From Pontiella sp. (lineage in GTDB: Bacteria > Verrucomicrobiota > Kiritimatiellia > Kiritimatiellales > Pontiellaceae), in NCBI GenBank assembly GCA_050290185.1, contig JBNKHE010000002.1, positions 1 through 64,000 on the forward strand: a stretch of DNA of 64,000 nucleotides, written 5' to 3'. The first letter of the stretch is position 1; each line of letters begins with the position of its first letter. The notes under the pieces were generated by a model. That model was not told where the DNA came from, did not search any database, and was given only the letters and a program-made list of their open reading frames with translations. The position numbers and the translations under genes were made by a program. Shown piece after piece: positions 26,591 through 37,684 of this stretch.

Positions 26591-26612
26591 ATCTAAATAG
26601 ACACAACAACCG

Positions 26613-28085
26613 TTACGGGAGAACGGTGTCGCCCATAAGGTATTTATCAACCTCGCGGGCGCAACCACGGCCTTCATTGATCGCCCAGACAACCAGCGAC
26701 TGTCCACGGCGGGAGTCGCCGGCGGCAAATACGCCCTCGACGTTGGTGGTGTAAACTTCGTGGTCGGCCTTGTAGTTCGAGCGCGCATCGCGCTCCACGC
26801 CCAGCTGCTCGGCAACCGGATCTTCTGGACCGAGGAAACCCATCGCCAGCAGAACGAGATCGGCTTCAACACGTTTTTCCGTGCCCTCAATGGCTTTCGG
26901 AGCGCGGTCAACCCACTCGACCTCAACGGTATGGATGGCCACGAGATTGCCGTCCGCGTCGCCTTCGAATTTGGTGGTCATGACTGAAAAGTTGCGCGGA
27001 TCCTTCCCTTGCAGCTTGATGGCTTCCTGCTGGCCATAGTCGGTCTTCAGGTTTGCGGGCCACTGCGGCCACGGGTTGGAAACGCGGTTGCGGTCAGCTT
27101 CCGGCTTCGGCAGGATTTCCAGCTGGGTGACCTTCTCGCATCCATGACGGAGCGAGGTGCCTACGCAGTCGGTACCTGTGTCACCGCCGCCGATGACGAT
27201 TACTTTCTTCCCCTTGGCGGAGATGTTGTTGCCGTCTTGCAAATTGCTGTCGAGCAGGCTCTTGGTGTTGGCATGGAGAAATTCCATCGCGAAATAAACG
27301 CCCTTGAGATCGCGTCCTTCAACCGGGAGATCGCGCGGCTTGGTGGCCCCTGTGGCCAGCACAACCGCATCGAATTCCTTCTTCAGTTCCTCGGCCTTGA
27401 TGTCCTTGCCGACTTCAACGCCGGTTTTGTAGACGACGCCTTCGGCCTCAATGATGTCGATGCGGCGCTGCATCACGCCTTTATCCAGCTTCATGTTCGG
27501 AATGCCGTACATCATCAGCCCGCCGATGCGGTCGGCGCGCTCGAACAAGGTAACGTTATGTCCCGCCCGGTTGAGCTGCTGGGCGCAGGACAGGCCGGCG
27601 GGACCGGAGCCGACGATCGCGATTTTCTTGTCGGTACGGACTTCCGGTGGTTCGGGAACAACCCATCCGTTTTCAAAGCCCTTGTCGATGATGGTGCGTT
27701 CATTGTCGTGAATCGTAACCGCCGGTTCGTTGATGCCAAGTACGCAACCGGCTTCACACGGCGCCGGACAGACGCGACCGGTGACTTCCGGGAAGTTGTT
27801 GGTGTGGTGTAGACGGTCGAGCGCTTCGCGCCAACGGTTGCGGTAGATGAGGTCGTTCCATTCCGGAATGAGGTTATTGATCGGGCAGCCGCTTGCACCG
27901 CCTTGCATCATTTCGCCGCGGTGGCAAAAAGGCACGCCGCAATCCATGCAGCGCGCGCCCTGTTCCTGGCAGGTTTGTTCGTCGCGGAGGATGTAGACTT
28001 CGTCCCAGTCCTTAACGCGCTCCTCTTCGGGGCGCATCGGGTTGGGCTTACGGACGTATTCCAGAAATCCAGTTAATTTTCCCAT
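26613..28085 (-). CDS. gltD: Glutamate synthase small subunit
   Basis: [35 protein letters not shown] and [17 protein letters not shown]. Confidence 0.97.
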   Translation of the reverse strand: MGKLTGFLEYVRKPNPMRPEEERVKDWDEVYILRDEQTCQEQGARCMDCGVPFCHRGEMMQGGASGCPINNLIPEWNDLIYRNRWREALDRLHHTNNFPEVTGRVCPAPCEAGCVLGINEPAVTIHDNERTIIDKGFENGWVVPEPPEVRTDKKIAIVGSGPAGLSCAQQLNRAGHNVTLFERADRIGGLMMYGIPNMKLDKGVMQRRIDIIEAEGVVYKTGVEVGKDIKAEELKKEFDAVVLATGATKPRDLPVEGRDLKGVYFAMEFLHANTKSLLDSNLQDGNNISAKGKKVIVIGGGDTGTDCVGTSLRHGCEKVTQLEILPKPEADRNRVSNPWPQWPANLKTDYGQQEAIKLQGKDPRNFSVMTTKFEGDADGNLVAIHTVEVEWVDRAPKAIEGTEKRVEADLVLLAMGFLGPEDPVAEQLGVERDARSNYKADHEVYTTNVEGVFAAGDSRRGQSLVVWAINEGRGCAREVDKYLMGDTVLP

Positions 28086-28109
28086 GGCAAATTCTCCTTC
28101 GAATCAGGA

Positions 28110-31100
28110 TTACTTAGCGAGGTCGGCGATGTGCATGTCGAACGCGGCGTCGATAATCTCGTCTTCGGTTTCATATTCTTCGGTCAGGCGGGCCCGTTCA
28201 ATGAAGGCGAGCATGCGCTTGTAGTCTGTCGGAATGACCTTCACAAATTTATTCAGTGCGGCATCCCAGTCGGCGAGCATACCGGCGGCAACGGCCGAGC
28301 CGGTCTTCAGCTGATGCGCTTCAATCATCGCCTTCAGGTCGGCCATATCGGCATTCGAATGAACCTTTTCAAGCTCGATCATTTCCATGTTGCACTTGCC
28401 CGCAAAATCGCCGTAGGCATCGTATACAAAAGCAATACCTCCGGACATACCGGCACCAAAGTTGCGCCCGGTCTTGCCGAGGATGACGGCCTTCCCGCCG
28501 GTCATGTATTCGCAGCCATGATCGCCAATCCCTTCAACAACGACTTCCGCACCGGAGTTGCGGACGCAGAAGCGTTCACCGGCCACTCCGCGGATGTAGG
28601 CTTTGCCGCCCGTCGCGCCATAGAAACAGACGTTGCCGACCAGAATATTTTCTTCGGCCACAAATTGTGCCTGCTTGTCCGGATAGATCGTCAGGCTTCC
28701 GCCCGAAAGGCCCTTGCCGACATAGTCGTTGGCATCGCCTTCGAGTTCCAGCTCGATCCCCTTGCAGATGAACGCGCCCAAGGACTGGCCGACCGATCCA
28801 TTCAGCTTGAAATGAACCGTTCCATCCGGCAACCCCTTGTCCTTGTATATCTTGGTCATTTCGTGCGAGAGCACGGTACCTACGGCACGGTCGGTGTTGA
28901 CCACATCAAATTCGGCCTGAACCTTCTCGCCGTTTTCGAGTGCCGGCTTGGCGGCGTCGATCAGCTTCCAGTCCAGAATTTTTTCCAGCATGTGGTTTTG
29001 ATCCTTGCTGTGGAAGGTACCTTCCTCCGCGCCGATGGTTTCCTTGTGGAGGATCGGGGAAAGATCGAGGTTCTTGTATTTCCAGTGGTCGACATCGTCG
29101 CGGAACTTCAGGCAGTCGGAATGGCCGACCATCTCGTCGATGGTCTTGAAGCCCAGTTCAGCCATGATTTCGCGCAGGCCGTCCACGAGGAACTCGAAGA
29201 AATTCACCACATGATCAGGATTTCCATCGAACTTTTCGCGCAGTTCACCACGCTGGGTCGCAATACCCACGGGACAGGTGTTGGAGTGGCACTTGCGCAT
29301 CATAATGCAGCCCTGGACGACGAGTGCAGCGGTCGCCACGCCCCACTCTTCCGCACCGAGCAAGGTTGCAATGGCGAGGTCGCGCGAGGTTCTCATCTGA
29401 CCGTCGGCCTGAACCACAATGCGGTTGCGCAGGCGGTTGCGAACGAGCGTCTGGTGCGCTTCGGCAAGTCCGAGCTCCCACGGGAGGCCGGCATGCTTGA
29501 TGGAGCTGAGGGGCGATGCGCCCGTACCGCCGTCGTAGCCGGCGATCAGAACTGCATCGGCTTTCGCCTTGCAGACCCCTGCGGCAACCGTGCCGACGCC
29601 GGTTTCGGAAACCAGCTTCACATTGATGCGCGCATCGCGGTTGGCGTTCTTCAAGTCGTAGATGAGCTGCGCCAGGTCTTCGATCGAATAGATATCGTGG
29701 TGCGGCGGCGGGGAGATGAGCCCCACGCCCGGCGTAGAATTACGGGTACGCCCGATCCAGCCGTTGACTTTGTGACCGGGAAGGTGTCCGCCTTCGCCGG
29801 GCTTCGCGCCCTGCGCCATCTTGATCTGCAGCTCGCTGGCCTTGGAGAGGTAGTAGCTGTTAACCCCGAAACGACCGGACGCAATCTGCTTCGTGGCCGA
29901 GCACATATCGTCGCCGTTCGGCAACTTTTCGTATCGGATCGGATCTTCGCCGCCTTCGCCGGAGTTGGAGCGCGAACCGATGCGGTTCATGGCAATCGCC
30001 AGCGTGGTGTGCGCTTCCCACGAAATGGAACCGAACGACATCGCACCGGTGGCGAAACGCTTCAGGATGTTTTCCGCCGGCTCGACTTCTTCGATAGAAA
30101 TCGAAGGCCGATTGGAATTGAACTCCATCAGGCCTCGCAGCGTGTAGGCCGCTTTGCTCTGCTCGTCGATAAGTTTGCAGTATTCCTTATACTTCGCATA
30201 GTCATTGTCGCGTGTGCATTCCTGCAACAAGCGGATCGTCATTGGGTTGAACAGATGACGTTCGCCATTCGCGCGCCAGCTGTATTCGCCGCCCGGATCG
30301 AGCACCTTCTGGGTGCCGCTGCGGGTCGGGAAACCCTTGCGGTGCTTCATCAGCGTTTCCTTGGCGATGTCGTCGAGGCTGAGACCTTCGATGCGGCTGA
30401 CGGTGCCGGTGAAATATTTGTTCACCACGTCGGTGTTGATGCCGACGATCTCGAAGATCTGCGCGCCCTGATAGGAGGCGAGCGTCGAGATGCCCATCTT
30501 GGAGAAAATCTTCAACAAGCCGCCGTTGATTGACTTGATGTAGTTTTGAATCGCCTTCTCGGAACTGATTCCATTGAGCAGGTCGTCCTGTTCCATTTGG
30601 CGGATCGTATCGAGCGCCATGTATGGATTCACCGCCGAGGCGCCATAGCCGAGGATGGTGGCAAAGTGGTGCACTTCGCGCACATCGCCGACTTCCATGA
30701 CGATATCGGCTTTACCGCGCTTGCCGGCGCGGATGAGGTAGTGATGCACCGCCGCAGCCGCCAACACGGAAGGAATTGGCGCGTGGTCAGAGTTGGTGTG
30801 GAAATCCGACAGAATGATGATTGAGTGGCCTTCATCGATCGCATCTTCGGCATAGCGGCACACGCGGTCGAGTGTTCTTTCCAACACACCGGGTTCGCCG
30901 GTTGCGGGAAATACGATTTCGAGGCGTTTGGCCTGGAAATGGTTGTGATCGAGGAACAGCAGGCGCGACAGGTCTTCGTTGGTCAGCACCGGCTGATCGA
31001 TGGCAATCCGACGGCAATGCTCTGGCGACTCGGTCAGGATGTTTTTGAATCCGCCGACGTAGGTCCGTAGATCCATCACTACGCGCTCGCGGATCGGGTC

Positions 31101-32744
31101 GATCGGCGGATTGGTGACCTGCGCAAAGAGCTGCTTGAAATAGTGTGAGAGCTGGGCCGGGCGATCCGATAGCACGGCCAGCGGGTTGTCTGCACCCATG
31201 GAGCCAAGCGGTTCCTTGCCGCTGGTGGCCATAGGCTTGAGGATTTCTGTAACATCCTCATAGGAGAACCCGAAGGTCTGCTGACGGCGGAAGAGCGTCT
31301 TTTCGCCGGGCTTCTTCAATTCATAGTCGTCCGGCGGCGGAAGATCCTTCAGGTGGATCATGCTTTGGTCGAGCCACGCTTGATAGGGCTGGCGTGAACA
31401 TAGATCGGCCTTGAGCTCTTCATCGGATATAATGCGACCCTGGTCGAGATCGGCCACGAACATTTTACCAGGCTGGAGACGTCCGCGAATTTTAACCTTG
31501 GAGTGATCTACATTGATGACACCGGTCTCGGACGCCATGATCAGCGTATCGTCGTCGGTCACGCAGTAGCGCGACGGACGCAGACCGTTGCGGTCGAGCG
31601 TGGCGCCAACAAGCACGCCATCGGTAAAGCAGACCGATGCAGGGCCGTCCCACGGCTCCATCATTGCGGAGTAGAATTCGTAGAAGGCGCGCTTGGTCGG
31701 ATCCATCTCTTCGTCGTTTTGCCACGCTTCAGGAATCAGCATCATCAGCACGTGTGGCAACGACCGGCCGCTGAGCACGAGCATTTCGATCGCCATGTCG
31801 AGGTTGGCACTATCCGACGCCGTCACGTCGCAGATCGGGAAGATCATTTCGAGCTCTTCCTTCGAGAAGGCGGTGCATTCGAGCAGCACTTCGCGGGCGC
31901 GCATCCAGTTAATATTGCCCTTGTTGGTGTTGATTTCGCCGTTGTGGGCGATGTAACGGAACGGTTGCGCCAGCTTCCAGGAAGGGAAGGTATTCGTCGA
32001 GAAGCGCGAATGAACCAAAGCAATCGCACTGACGGCGGATTCGTTCTTCAGGTCGAGGAAGTATTGCGGCACCTGCTCGGTGACCAGCTGCCCCTTATAA
32101 TTGATGGTCTTGTAGGAACAGGAAATAATATTCAGTCCGTCGGGACCAATGCCCGCTACGGTTTCATTGGCCACGCGCTCGGCGCTCTTGCGGAAAACGA
32201 ACAGCTTGCGGTCAAATTCCTCGACCGACATGCCGGCCGGCTTGCCGATGAAAATCTGCTGAACACTCGGCTCGGTGGCCGCGGAATCGCGACCGAGGCC
32301 GGAGTTGTCGACCGGCACAACACGATAGCCCAGCAACGGCAACTGAAACTTGGCCAGTTTCCGCTCGATGATATCCTTACATTCCGCCTGCTTAACCTCA
32401 TCGCGCGGGAAAAAGGTCATCCCCACGCCATATTCCCCGAATTGAGGTAGCTTGATGCCCGACTTGGGGCACTCTTCCACAAAAAGTTCATGCGGAATCT
32501 GGAGCAGAATTCCGGCACCGTCGCCGGACTTGATATCGAACCCGGTACCGCCGCGGTGTTCCATGCAGGAAAGCATGCCCAATGCATCGGAGATGACGGA
32601 ATGCTTCTTGCGGCCCTTCAGGTTGGCGACGAAGCCGATGCCGCAACTGCTGTGCTCAAAATCGGAACGGTACATGCCCTGACCTTCGGGCTGTCCGTAG
32701 CAGTTTAGCTCATTTTCCTTATAAATAGTAGTGTTATTGCTCAT
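28110..32744 (-). CDS. gltB: Glutamate synthase large subunit
   Basis: CGIGF N-terminal nucleophile, HSRFSTNT, EPWDGP, AMSFGS, KMAQGAKPGEGG and CHSNTCPVG. Probable start ATG 32744. Confidence 0.97.
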   Translation of the reverse strand: MSNNTTIYKENELNCYGQPEGQGMYRSDFEHSSCGIGFVANLKGRKKHSVISDALGMLSCMEHRGGTGFDIKSGDGAGILLQIPHELFVEECPKSGIKLPQFGEYGVGMTFFPRDEVKQAECKDIIERKLAKFQLPLLGYRVVPVDNSGLGRDSAATEPSVQQIFIGKPAGMSVEEFDRKLFVFRKSAERVANETVAGIGPDGLNIISCSYKTINYKGQLVTEQVPQYFLDLKNESAVSAIALVHSRFSTNTFPSWKLAQPFRYIAHNGEINTNKGNINWMRAREVLLECTAFSKEELEMIFPICDVTASDSANLDMAIEMLVLSGRSLPHVLMMLIPEAWQNDEEMDPTKRAFYEFYSAMMEPWDGPASVCFTDGVLVGATLDRNGLRPSRYCVTDDDTLIMASETGVINVDHSKVKIRGRLQPGKMFVADLDQGRIISDEELKADLCSRQPYQAWLDQSMIHLKDLPPPDDYELKKPGEKTLFRRQQTFGFSYEDVTEILKPMATSGKEPLGSMGADNPLAVLSDRPAQLSHYFKQLFAQVTNPPIDPIRERVVMDLRTYVGGFKNILTESPEHCRRIAIDQPVLTNEDLSRLLFLDHNHFQAKRLEIVFPATGEPGVLERTLDRVCRYAEDAIDEGHSIIILSDFHTNSDHAPIPSVLAAAAVHHYLIRAGKRGKADIVMEVGDVREVHHFATILGYGASAVNPYMALDTIRQMEQDDLLNGISSEKAIQNYIKSINGGLLKIFSKMGISTLASYQGAQIFEIVGINTDVVNKYFTGTVSRIEGLSLDDIAKETLMKHRKGFPTRSGTQKVLDPGGEYSWRANGERHLFNPMTIRLLQECTRDNDYAKYKEYCKLIDEQSKAAYTLRGLMEFNSNRPSISIEEVEPAENILKRFATGAMSFGSISWEAHTTLAIAMNRIGSRSNSGEGGEDPIRYEKLPNGDDMCSATKQIASGRFGVNSYYLSKASELQIKMAQGAKPGEGGHLPGHKVNGWIGRTRNSTPGVGLISPPPHHDIYSIEDLAQLIYDLKNANRDARINVKLVSETGVGTVAAGVCKAKADAVLIAGYDGGTGASPLSSIKHAGLPWELGLAEAHQTLVRNRLRNRIVVQADGQMRTSRDLAIATLLGAEEWGVATAALVVQGCIMMRKCHSNTCPVGIATQRGELREKFDGNPDHVVNFFEFLVDGLREIMAELGFKTIDEMVGHSDCLKFRDDVDHWKYKNLDLSPILHKETIGAEEGTFHSKDQNHMLEKILDWKLIDAAKPALENGEKVQAEFDVVNTDRAVGTVLSHEMTKIYKDKGLPDGTVHFKLNGSVGQSLGAFICKGIELELEGDANDYVGKGLSGGSLTIYPDKQAQFVAEENILVGNVCFYGATGGKAYIRGVAGERFCVRNSGAEVVVEGIGDHGCEYMTGGKAVILGKTGRNFGAGMSGGIAFVYDAYGDFAGKCNMEMIELEKVHSNADMADLKAMIEAHQLKTGSAVAAGMLADWDAALNKFVKVIPTDYKRMLAFIERARLTEEYETEDEIIDAAFDMHIADLAK

Positions 32745-32958
32745 ATCAAACCTCGTAATCGCTCGGATAAAATAGCGGTGTAATTTGCCCACCACCCTCT
32801 TGCAAGTCAAATCCTTACGACCAATAAATCGGGCGCACAAGCAATATATAGAACCTTTTCAATCCGATATTGTTCAATGCCGAAAAAGTCGAACTTCCAT
32901 AATCAAAACAGCTTTGGAACATCTGGACCGGCAGATCGGTTATGAATGCCGGACGTCC

Positions 32959-33369
32959 TTAAAACATCCATCCGTGCGAACTGAAAACCTCGTCGAACAA
33001 GGTCGGCACTATCGGTTTTCCATGGCGAGTGAGTACCCCGGTGACCTGCGCCTCAAGCACGGTCCGGCCGCTGTCCTTCCGGACAATGGCCTGATCGAAC
33101 ACAAAGCGAAGCCGGCCCTGCTTATGCATGCCCAGCCTAACGATGAAGGCATCGCGCGACTTTAGCGGAAGCTTGTAATCCATCTCTATGCGGGTGACCA
33201 CGGCGTCGATCCCGTCCTTGCAGAGCTGTTCAAAGTTGAGTCCGACTTTATGAAGAAACTCGTGGCGACAGTGTTCCAGGTAGTTCTGGTAAACGGCGTT
33301 ATTGACGATCCCTTGCATATCGCACTCGTAGTCGCGCACCATCATTTCCGTTTCAAAAACATATTCCAT
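32959..33369 (-). CDS. Acyl-CoA thioesterase (4HBT/YbgC family)
   Basis: VRDYECDMQGIVNNAVYQNYLEHCRHEFL. Confidence 0.88.
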   Translation of the reverse strand: MEYVFETEMMVRDYECDMQGIVNNAVYQNYLEHCRHEFLHKVGLNFEQLCKDGIDAVVTRIEMDYKLPLKSRDAFIVRLGMHKQGRLRFVFDQAIVRKDSGRTVLEAQVTGVLTRHGKPIVPTLFDEVFSSHGWMF

Positions 33370-34448
33370 TAATGGTCCCCCTTGTTTCGGCGGCTATTGC
33401 TTTGGACAGAACGATAAAAGCGGCTGAGCTTGCGGTCCTGTTCCCTTTTATCCAAGGCCGATTGCTCGTGGAAGGCGGCTTCTTTCATCAGACGGACATA
33501 GTTGTTGTAGCGCGGCTCGGAAAGCGCTCCACGCTCCACGGCTTCGATAACGGCGCATCCCTTGGTATTCACGTGGGAGCAATCGTTGAACTTGCATTGG
33601 GCGGCCAACGCAACAATGTCGTCGAAGGTTTCGTCGATGCCCTCGTTCACGTCCATGTTTCCCAGCTCGCGCATACCCGGCGTATCGACCACCAGCGCGC
33701 CGTTATCAAGTGTGATCAACTCCCTCCAAGTGGTGGAATGCACGCCTTTGCCGTCGGATTCGCGAACCGGCAGGGTGAAGAGATAATCCTCCTCGCCCAG
33801 CAGGTTGTTGAGCAGCGTGGTCTTCCCCACCCCGGATGTTCCGATCACACAATAGGTGCGGCCGGGCTCGAAGAGCTCCATAACATCATCCAGCCCGCCG
33901 CCCTCGGTATTGCTGAAGGCATGGAGCCGGACGCCTGGCATGCGCGTCTCAACCTCGGCCGTTTTTTCGGCCAGCTCTTCGGGCAGGAGCAGATCAGCCT
34001 TGCTGAGCAGAACAATCGGTTCAATACCGCTTTCGTTGACCATGACAAGATAGCGCTCCAGGCGCTGAAGATTAAAGCCAGGACCGACGTTTTGCATGAT
34101 AAAGGCGGTATCAATGTTTGCCGCAATCAGCTGGTAGCGGGTGGTACGTCCAGCGGTTTTTCGCCTGAGTGCAGACTGGCGGTCCAGCACTCGTTGTATA
34201 CGGCCAAAGTTTTCATCATTGAAATCCTTCACCAGCACCCAATCGCCGACCGTGGGATAATCCAGCTTGGACTTTGCAAGATGACGCAGACGCCCCGTGG
34301 TCTTGGCGGGGCGGGTTTCCTCCCCGTCGGAAACTTCGCATTCGCCCTTGTGTACGGCGGTTACGCGCGCAATCGCCAGACCGTCATCCCGTTCGGGATC
34401 GATCTGATCGGCAAACCATGCGTTGAAGCCAAACTCCTCTAATGTCAT
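33369..34448 (-). CDS. rsgA: Ribosome small subunit-dependent GTPase A
   Basis: PTVGDWV, SKADL, GTSGVGKTT, DTPGMRE and zinc finger CKFNDCSH....GC. Confidence 0.92.
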   Translation of the reverse strand: MTLEEFGFNAWFADQIDPERDDGLAIARVTAVHKGECEVSDGEETRPAKTTGRLRHLAKSKLDYPTVGDWVLVKDFNDENFGRIQRVLDRQSALRRKTAGRTTRYQLIAANIDTAFIMQNVGPGFNLQRLERYLVMVNESGIEPIVLLSKADLLLPEELAEKTAEVETRMPGVRLHAFSNTEGGGLDDVMELFEPGRTYCVIGTSGVGKTTLLNNLLGEEDYLFTLPVRESDGKGVHSTTWRELITLDNGALVVDTPGMRELGNMDVNEGIDETFDDIVALAAQCKFNDCSHVNTKGCAVIEAVERGALSEPRYNNYVRLMKEAAFHEQSALDKREQDRKLSRFYRSVQSNSRRNKGDH

Positions 34449-34602
34449 TCCATCTTCCTGTTTCACGTAAGATGAAAAGCATTAGCACGGAACCCCTTTT
34501 CAATAGAAGCAAATCGAGCCGAAAGATCAGCAGAACATACGCCCTTGCCGCGCGGATACGCGTTCATCCATGGGTATTACATCCTTATCGATATGAATGC
34601 GC

Positions 34603-34839
34603 TCAGACCCTGACCGTTCGGTGAACAATTTCAACGATCACATCATCGCCATAATAATCCTTGGCAAACCGTTCCATACACCTTAGCACCTCATCGATCG
34701 TATCCCCTGCCAGCGCAGCCATTCCCGGCAGATTTCCGATAAAGCGCCGGGACGGATCCGTGCGGATAGAGCCCGTGGCAAGTTGCATGCCTCCCTCAGG
34801 ATGAACAACGACTTCTTCCTCAACATAGTCTATCTTCAT
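34603..34839 (-). CDS. Small protein, possibly HicB-like N-terminal fold
   Basis: GAGG RBS; LPG.A...GDTIDEVL resembles the HicB LPGC.T.GDT.EEA pattern. Confidence 0.5.
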   Translation of the reverse strand: MKIDYVEEEVVVHPEGGMQLATGSIRTDPSRRFIGNLPGMAALAGDTIDEVLRCMERFAKDYYGDDVIVEIVHRTVRV

Positions 34840-35372
34840 AACCTCTGCCCTCCAATAGGTTTATACTGCGGGGACTGCCGATTCTCAACCAGGAATCCGA
34901 TTAGTTTTTCCGCAACAGAAAAACCGACCGAAACCCGCAAAAACGAGGGAAAACCGAAATTGGCGTTCAACTCATAACCTCTGTCTGGTTGGGCATGAGA
35001 TCTCATTCTACCTCGTTGAAACCCTCAATCTTGATCATCACATCGACCGGACTGAAGCGCTGCAAACCGCGGGGTGTGGTGCAGAGCATCTTCCGGCTGC
35101 GCATTAACCGCTATGCGCCCGATCCATTGCAGGCTGTAATGCAGCTGCTGCAGCGGAGCATGAACCTCCTGCTCAACGCATCCAAAGCACTCCAGGGTGA
35201 ATGCCCGAAATTCGGACGCCAGCGTAATATCACAAGGCATGGTGCACTCACAAACATCAGGAACAGCCGGTAAAGGTGGATACAGACCAGAACTTTCCGG
35301 CAACAGGACTCGATCTTCGACACCTTATCGGCCATCCTCAATCCGTAGCTTCAAACAGGAATCGAGGTTCAA

Positions 35373-35891
35373 ATGGATAAGCTCCAATCCTACATTCGCA
35401 ATATTCCGGATTTCCCCAAGCCCGGCATCCAGTTCAAAGATATCACCCCTTTGCTGGCCAATGCAGACGGTTTCCATGAAACCATCGATATATTTAAGCA
35501 GCGGCTTGCCCATAAACAAATCGACGTGGTTGTCGGGATCGAAGCCCGCGGCTTCATCTTCGCGTCGGCCCTTGCCTATGCCCTGCATGCCGGAACCTGC
35601 ATGATCCGCAAACCCGGAAAGCTTCCCCATACCGTTCACACGCAGACCTATGAACTGGAATACGGAACCGATACCGTTGAGATTCATACCGACGCCTTCA
35701 TGCCCAGGCAACGCATCGTCATCTTTGATGATGTGCTCGCAACAGGGGGAACCGTTTCAGCCTCTGCCGAGCTGATCGAAAGAAATTTTGAGGTCGAGAT
35801 TGTTGAAATCGACTTTCTGATGGAGCTGAAATTTCTCAACGGCCGGGCTAGATTAACGCGCTGGCCGGCCTATTCAATGCTTGAATACTGA
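35373..35891 (+). CDS. apt: Adenine phosphoribosyltransferase
   Basis: IPDFPKPGIQFKDITPLL, EARGF, RKPGKLP, YELEYG and DDVLATGGT. Confidence 0.96.
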   Translation: MDKLQSYIRNIPDFPKPGIQFKDITPLLANADGFHETIDIFKQRLAHKQIDVVVGIEARGFIFASALAYALHAGTCMIRKPGKLPHTVHTQTYELEYGTDTVEIHTDAFMPRQRIVIFDDVLATGGTVSASAELIERNFEVEIVEIDFLMELKFLNGRARLTRWPAYSMLEY

Positions 35892-35984
35892 GACCATCCG
35901 CCGCCTCTTTGAAATTATATTCAACAATATGGCACTGAAGTGGTCTTTTTGAGTTAACCATAACCAAGAAAGGATCACTGTATC

Positions 35985-36560
35985 ATGAAATACTCTAAAC
36001 TGGCGCTGTGTCTGGCGGCATTGACTATGGGTGCCCATGCGGAAACATTTACCGTCGACACCAGTCACGCTGAAATCGGCTTCACGGTCCGCCATCTGAT
36101 GCTGAGCGATGTTAAAGGCGGCTTTAACTCGTTCCAAGGGACGGTCGACTACGATATTGATGGGAAATCCCTGACCGCTCTTGAAGGGTCGATTGATATC
36201 TCCAGCATCGACACCAATAACGACAAGCGCGACAACCATCTGCAAAGCGGGGATTTCTTCAACGTCGCAGAATACCCCAAAATGATGTTTAAGAGCACTT
36301 CCATAGAAAAAACCGGCGACCATACATTCATGGTAACAGGCATGCTTACCGTGCTGGGCGTCGATCGCAAGGTCGTATTACCGGTAACGGTTGCAGGCCC
36401 GGTCGATGACCCATGGGGGAACAAACGTATCGGACTGAGCTGCACAACCGAATTGAACCGCCGCACCCTCGGCATAACCAATTCGCCTGCAACCATGATC
36501 GGCGACGAGGTTAAGGTCGACATTAACGCCGAAGCGACCTTCAAGCCTGCCGCTGAATAA
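35985..36560 (+). CDS. YceI family periplasmic lipid/polyisoprenoid-binding protein
   Basis: Signal peptide, VD.SH..IGF.VRH, RDNHLQS.DFF and DPWG. Confidence 0.92.
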   Translation: MKYSKLALCLAALTMGAHAETFTVDTSHAEIGFTVRHLMLSDVKGGFNSFQGTVDYDIDGKSLTALEGSIDISSIDTNNDKRDNHLQSGDFFNVAEYPKMMFKSTSIEKTGDHTFMVTGMLTVLGVDRKVVLPVTVAGPVDDPWGNKRIGLSCTTELNRRTLGITNSPATMIGDEVKVDINAEATFKPAAE

Positions 36561-36602
36561 TCCTCTCCCCGGACTGTAGTCCCGAACTTCAGGCTTTTCC
36601 GC

Positions 36603-36630
36603 CTCACCACATTCTGGAGAATGTGGTGAG
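36603..36630. repeat. Perfect 13-bp inverted repeat (REP-like palindrome)
   Basis: CTCACCACATTCT-GG-AGAATGTGGTGAG with no U tract, downstream of the YceI gene. Confidence 0.55.
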
Positions 36631-36884
36631 ATGGGATTTATGTTCCGACCAGCAATCCTGCCGTCAAATTGGCGCCATGCACCCGGCCTTAAAATACCGG
36701 GTTTTCTCGCACGTTTCCATAGAGATACCCACAAGTAAATCCGTAGCTCTCTGGCTTTGCCGCGCTTCGCACATTGCAGCTCATGGCAGCGCTGACCTTA
36801 TCTCCCCCAATCCTTGCTGGAGAAATCAAGAAAGGCTCTCATTCATCCACGGGAATCCCTGCGGTGTTCTGTCTTCGACTGCAT

Positions 36885-36920
36885 AAAAACAAAAAAAGCC
36901 CGGCGTGAAACCGGGCTTTT
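36885..36920 (-). terminator. Intrinsic, possibly bidirectional, terminator
   Basis: AAAAGCCCGG-cgtgaaa-CCGGGCTTTT with flanking A/T tracts. Confidence 0.8.
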
Positions 36921-36942
36921 CAATACGAATAGGCGATGCGGA

Positions 36943-37557
36943 TTACATGTTGCCCATTTCATCCAGAAGATCGGCAGCGGAACCACCGTCCTGAGAGTCT
37001 TCCATCCCCATGTCTGAGCCCATATCCGATCCCATGTCTGAGCCCATGTCCATGCCACCGCCAAGGCTTGAATCAAAACCAACATCTTCGGGCTTAATCT
37101 TGTTAAGGCGAATCAGGTTTTCGATCAGTGCTTCAAACCGGCGCTGGGTTTCCTGAGCTTTCATTTCTGCTGTAGCGCGGGCGCTTTCAGCTTCGGAGGC
37201 CTGGGCCTGAGCGGACTTGATGCCTGCCTTGGCGGAAGAAAGTTTTGATTCCAGCGATGAAGCCTTGCTATTTGCATCTGCGATGGAAGTTTTCAGTTCC
37301 TTGACTTGCTCTTTCAATTCAGCATTTAGAGCGGAGGAATCACGCAGGTCTGCAGTCAGCGTACGTACTTTTTCATCCGCTGCCTTCAGCAGAGAGTCCT
37401 TGTCAGCCAGCTCGCGCTTGACTTCATCAACTGCAGCGGTCTTCTCGGACGTCAGCTGTGTAACCATGTTATCGTACTCTTCCTGCTTCACGCATCCGGT
37501 CGACAAAGCGATTACACACCCCGCGACCGCCATCATAGCAATAGACTTAATTTGCAT
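36943..37557 (-). CDS. Coiled-coil lipoprotein with C-terminal MGSD repeats
   Basis: GGAGG RBS, lipobox LSTGC, long heptad region and MDMGSDMGSDMGSDMGME tail. Confidence 0.8.
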   Translation of the reverse strand: MQIKSIAMMAVAGCVIALSTGCVKQEEYDNMVTQLTSEKTAAVDEVKRELADKDSLLKAADEKVRTLTADLRDSSALNAELKEQVKELKTSIADANSKASSLESKLSSAKAGIKSAQAQASEAESARATAEMKAQETQRRFEALIENLIRLNKIKPEDVGFDSSLGGGMDMGSDMGSDMGSDMGMEDSQDGGSAADLLDEMGNM

Positions 37558-37684
37558 TACTTCCTCCATTGGTTGTTAAAGTCACATTTCCCAGAAATGA
37601 AGACAGTATAGAAGGGGAATTCATAAATTCAATACCTCTCGAATAAAATAATTTTCGCCTGCTTCTGGGAATCAAGGGTTAAAC

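Noticed and set aside
28131..30533. 800-aa plus-strand ORF, and similar long ORFs at 22512..24389, 33372..34442 and 55089..56435
   Set aside because: Antisense shadows of well-supported genes (gltB, PL11, rsgA, A2M), expected from GC-rich codon bias; no recognisable motifs.
34989..35341. Overlapping 76-94-aa ORFs on both strands
   Set aside because: No RBS, motif or composition support favours any frame.
37581..37586. Additional TGTGAC hexamer upstream of the coiled-coil lipoprotein
   Set aside because: No KTGTA element 16 nt downstream, where the RBS lies instead, so it is not counted in the ECF regulon.
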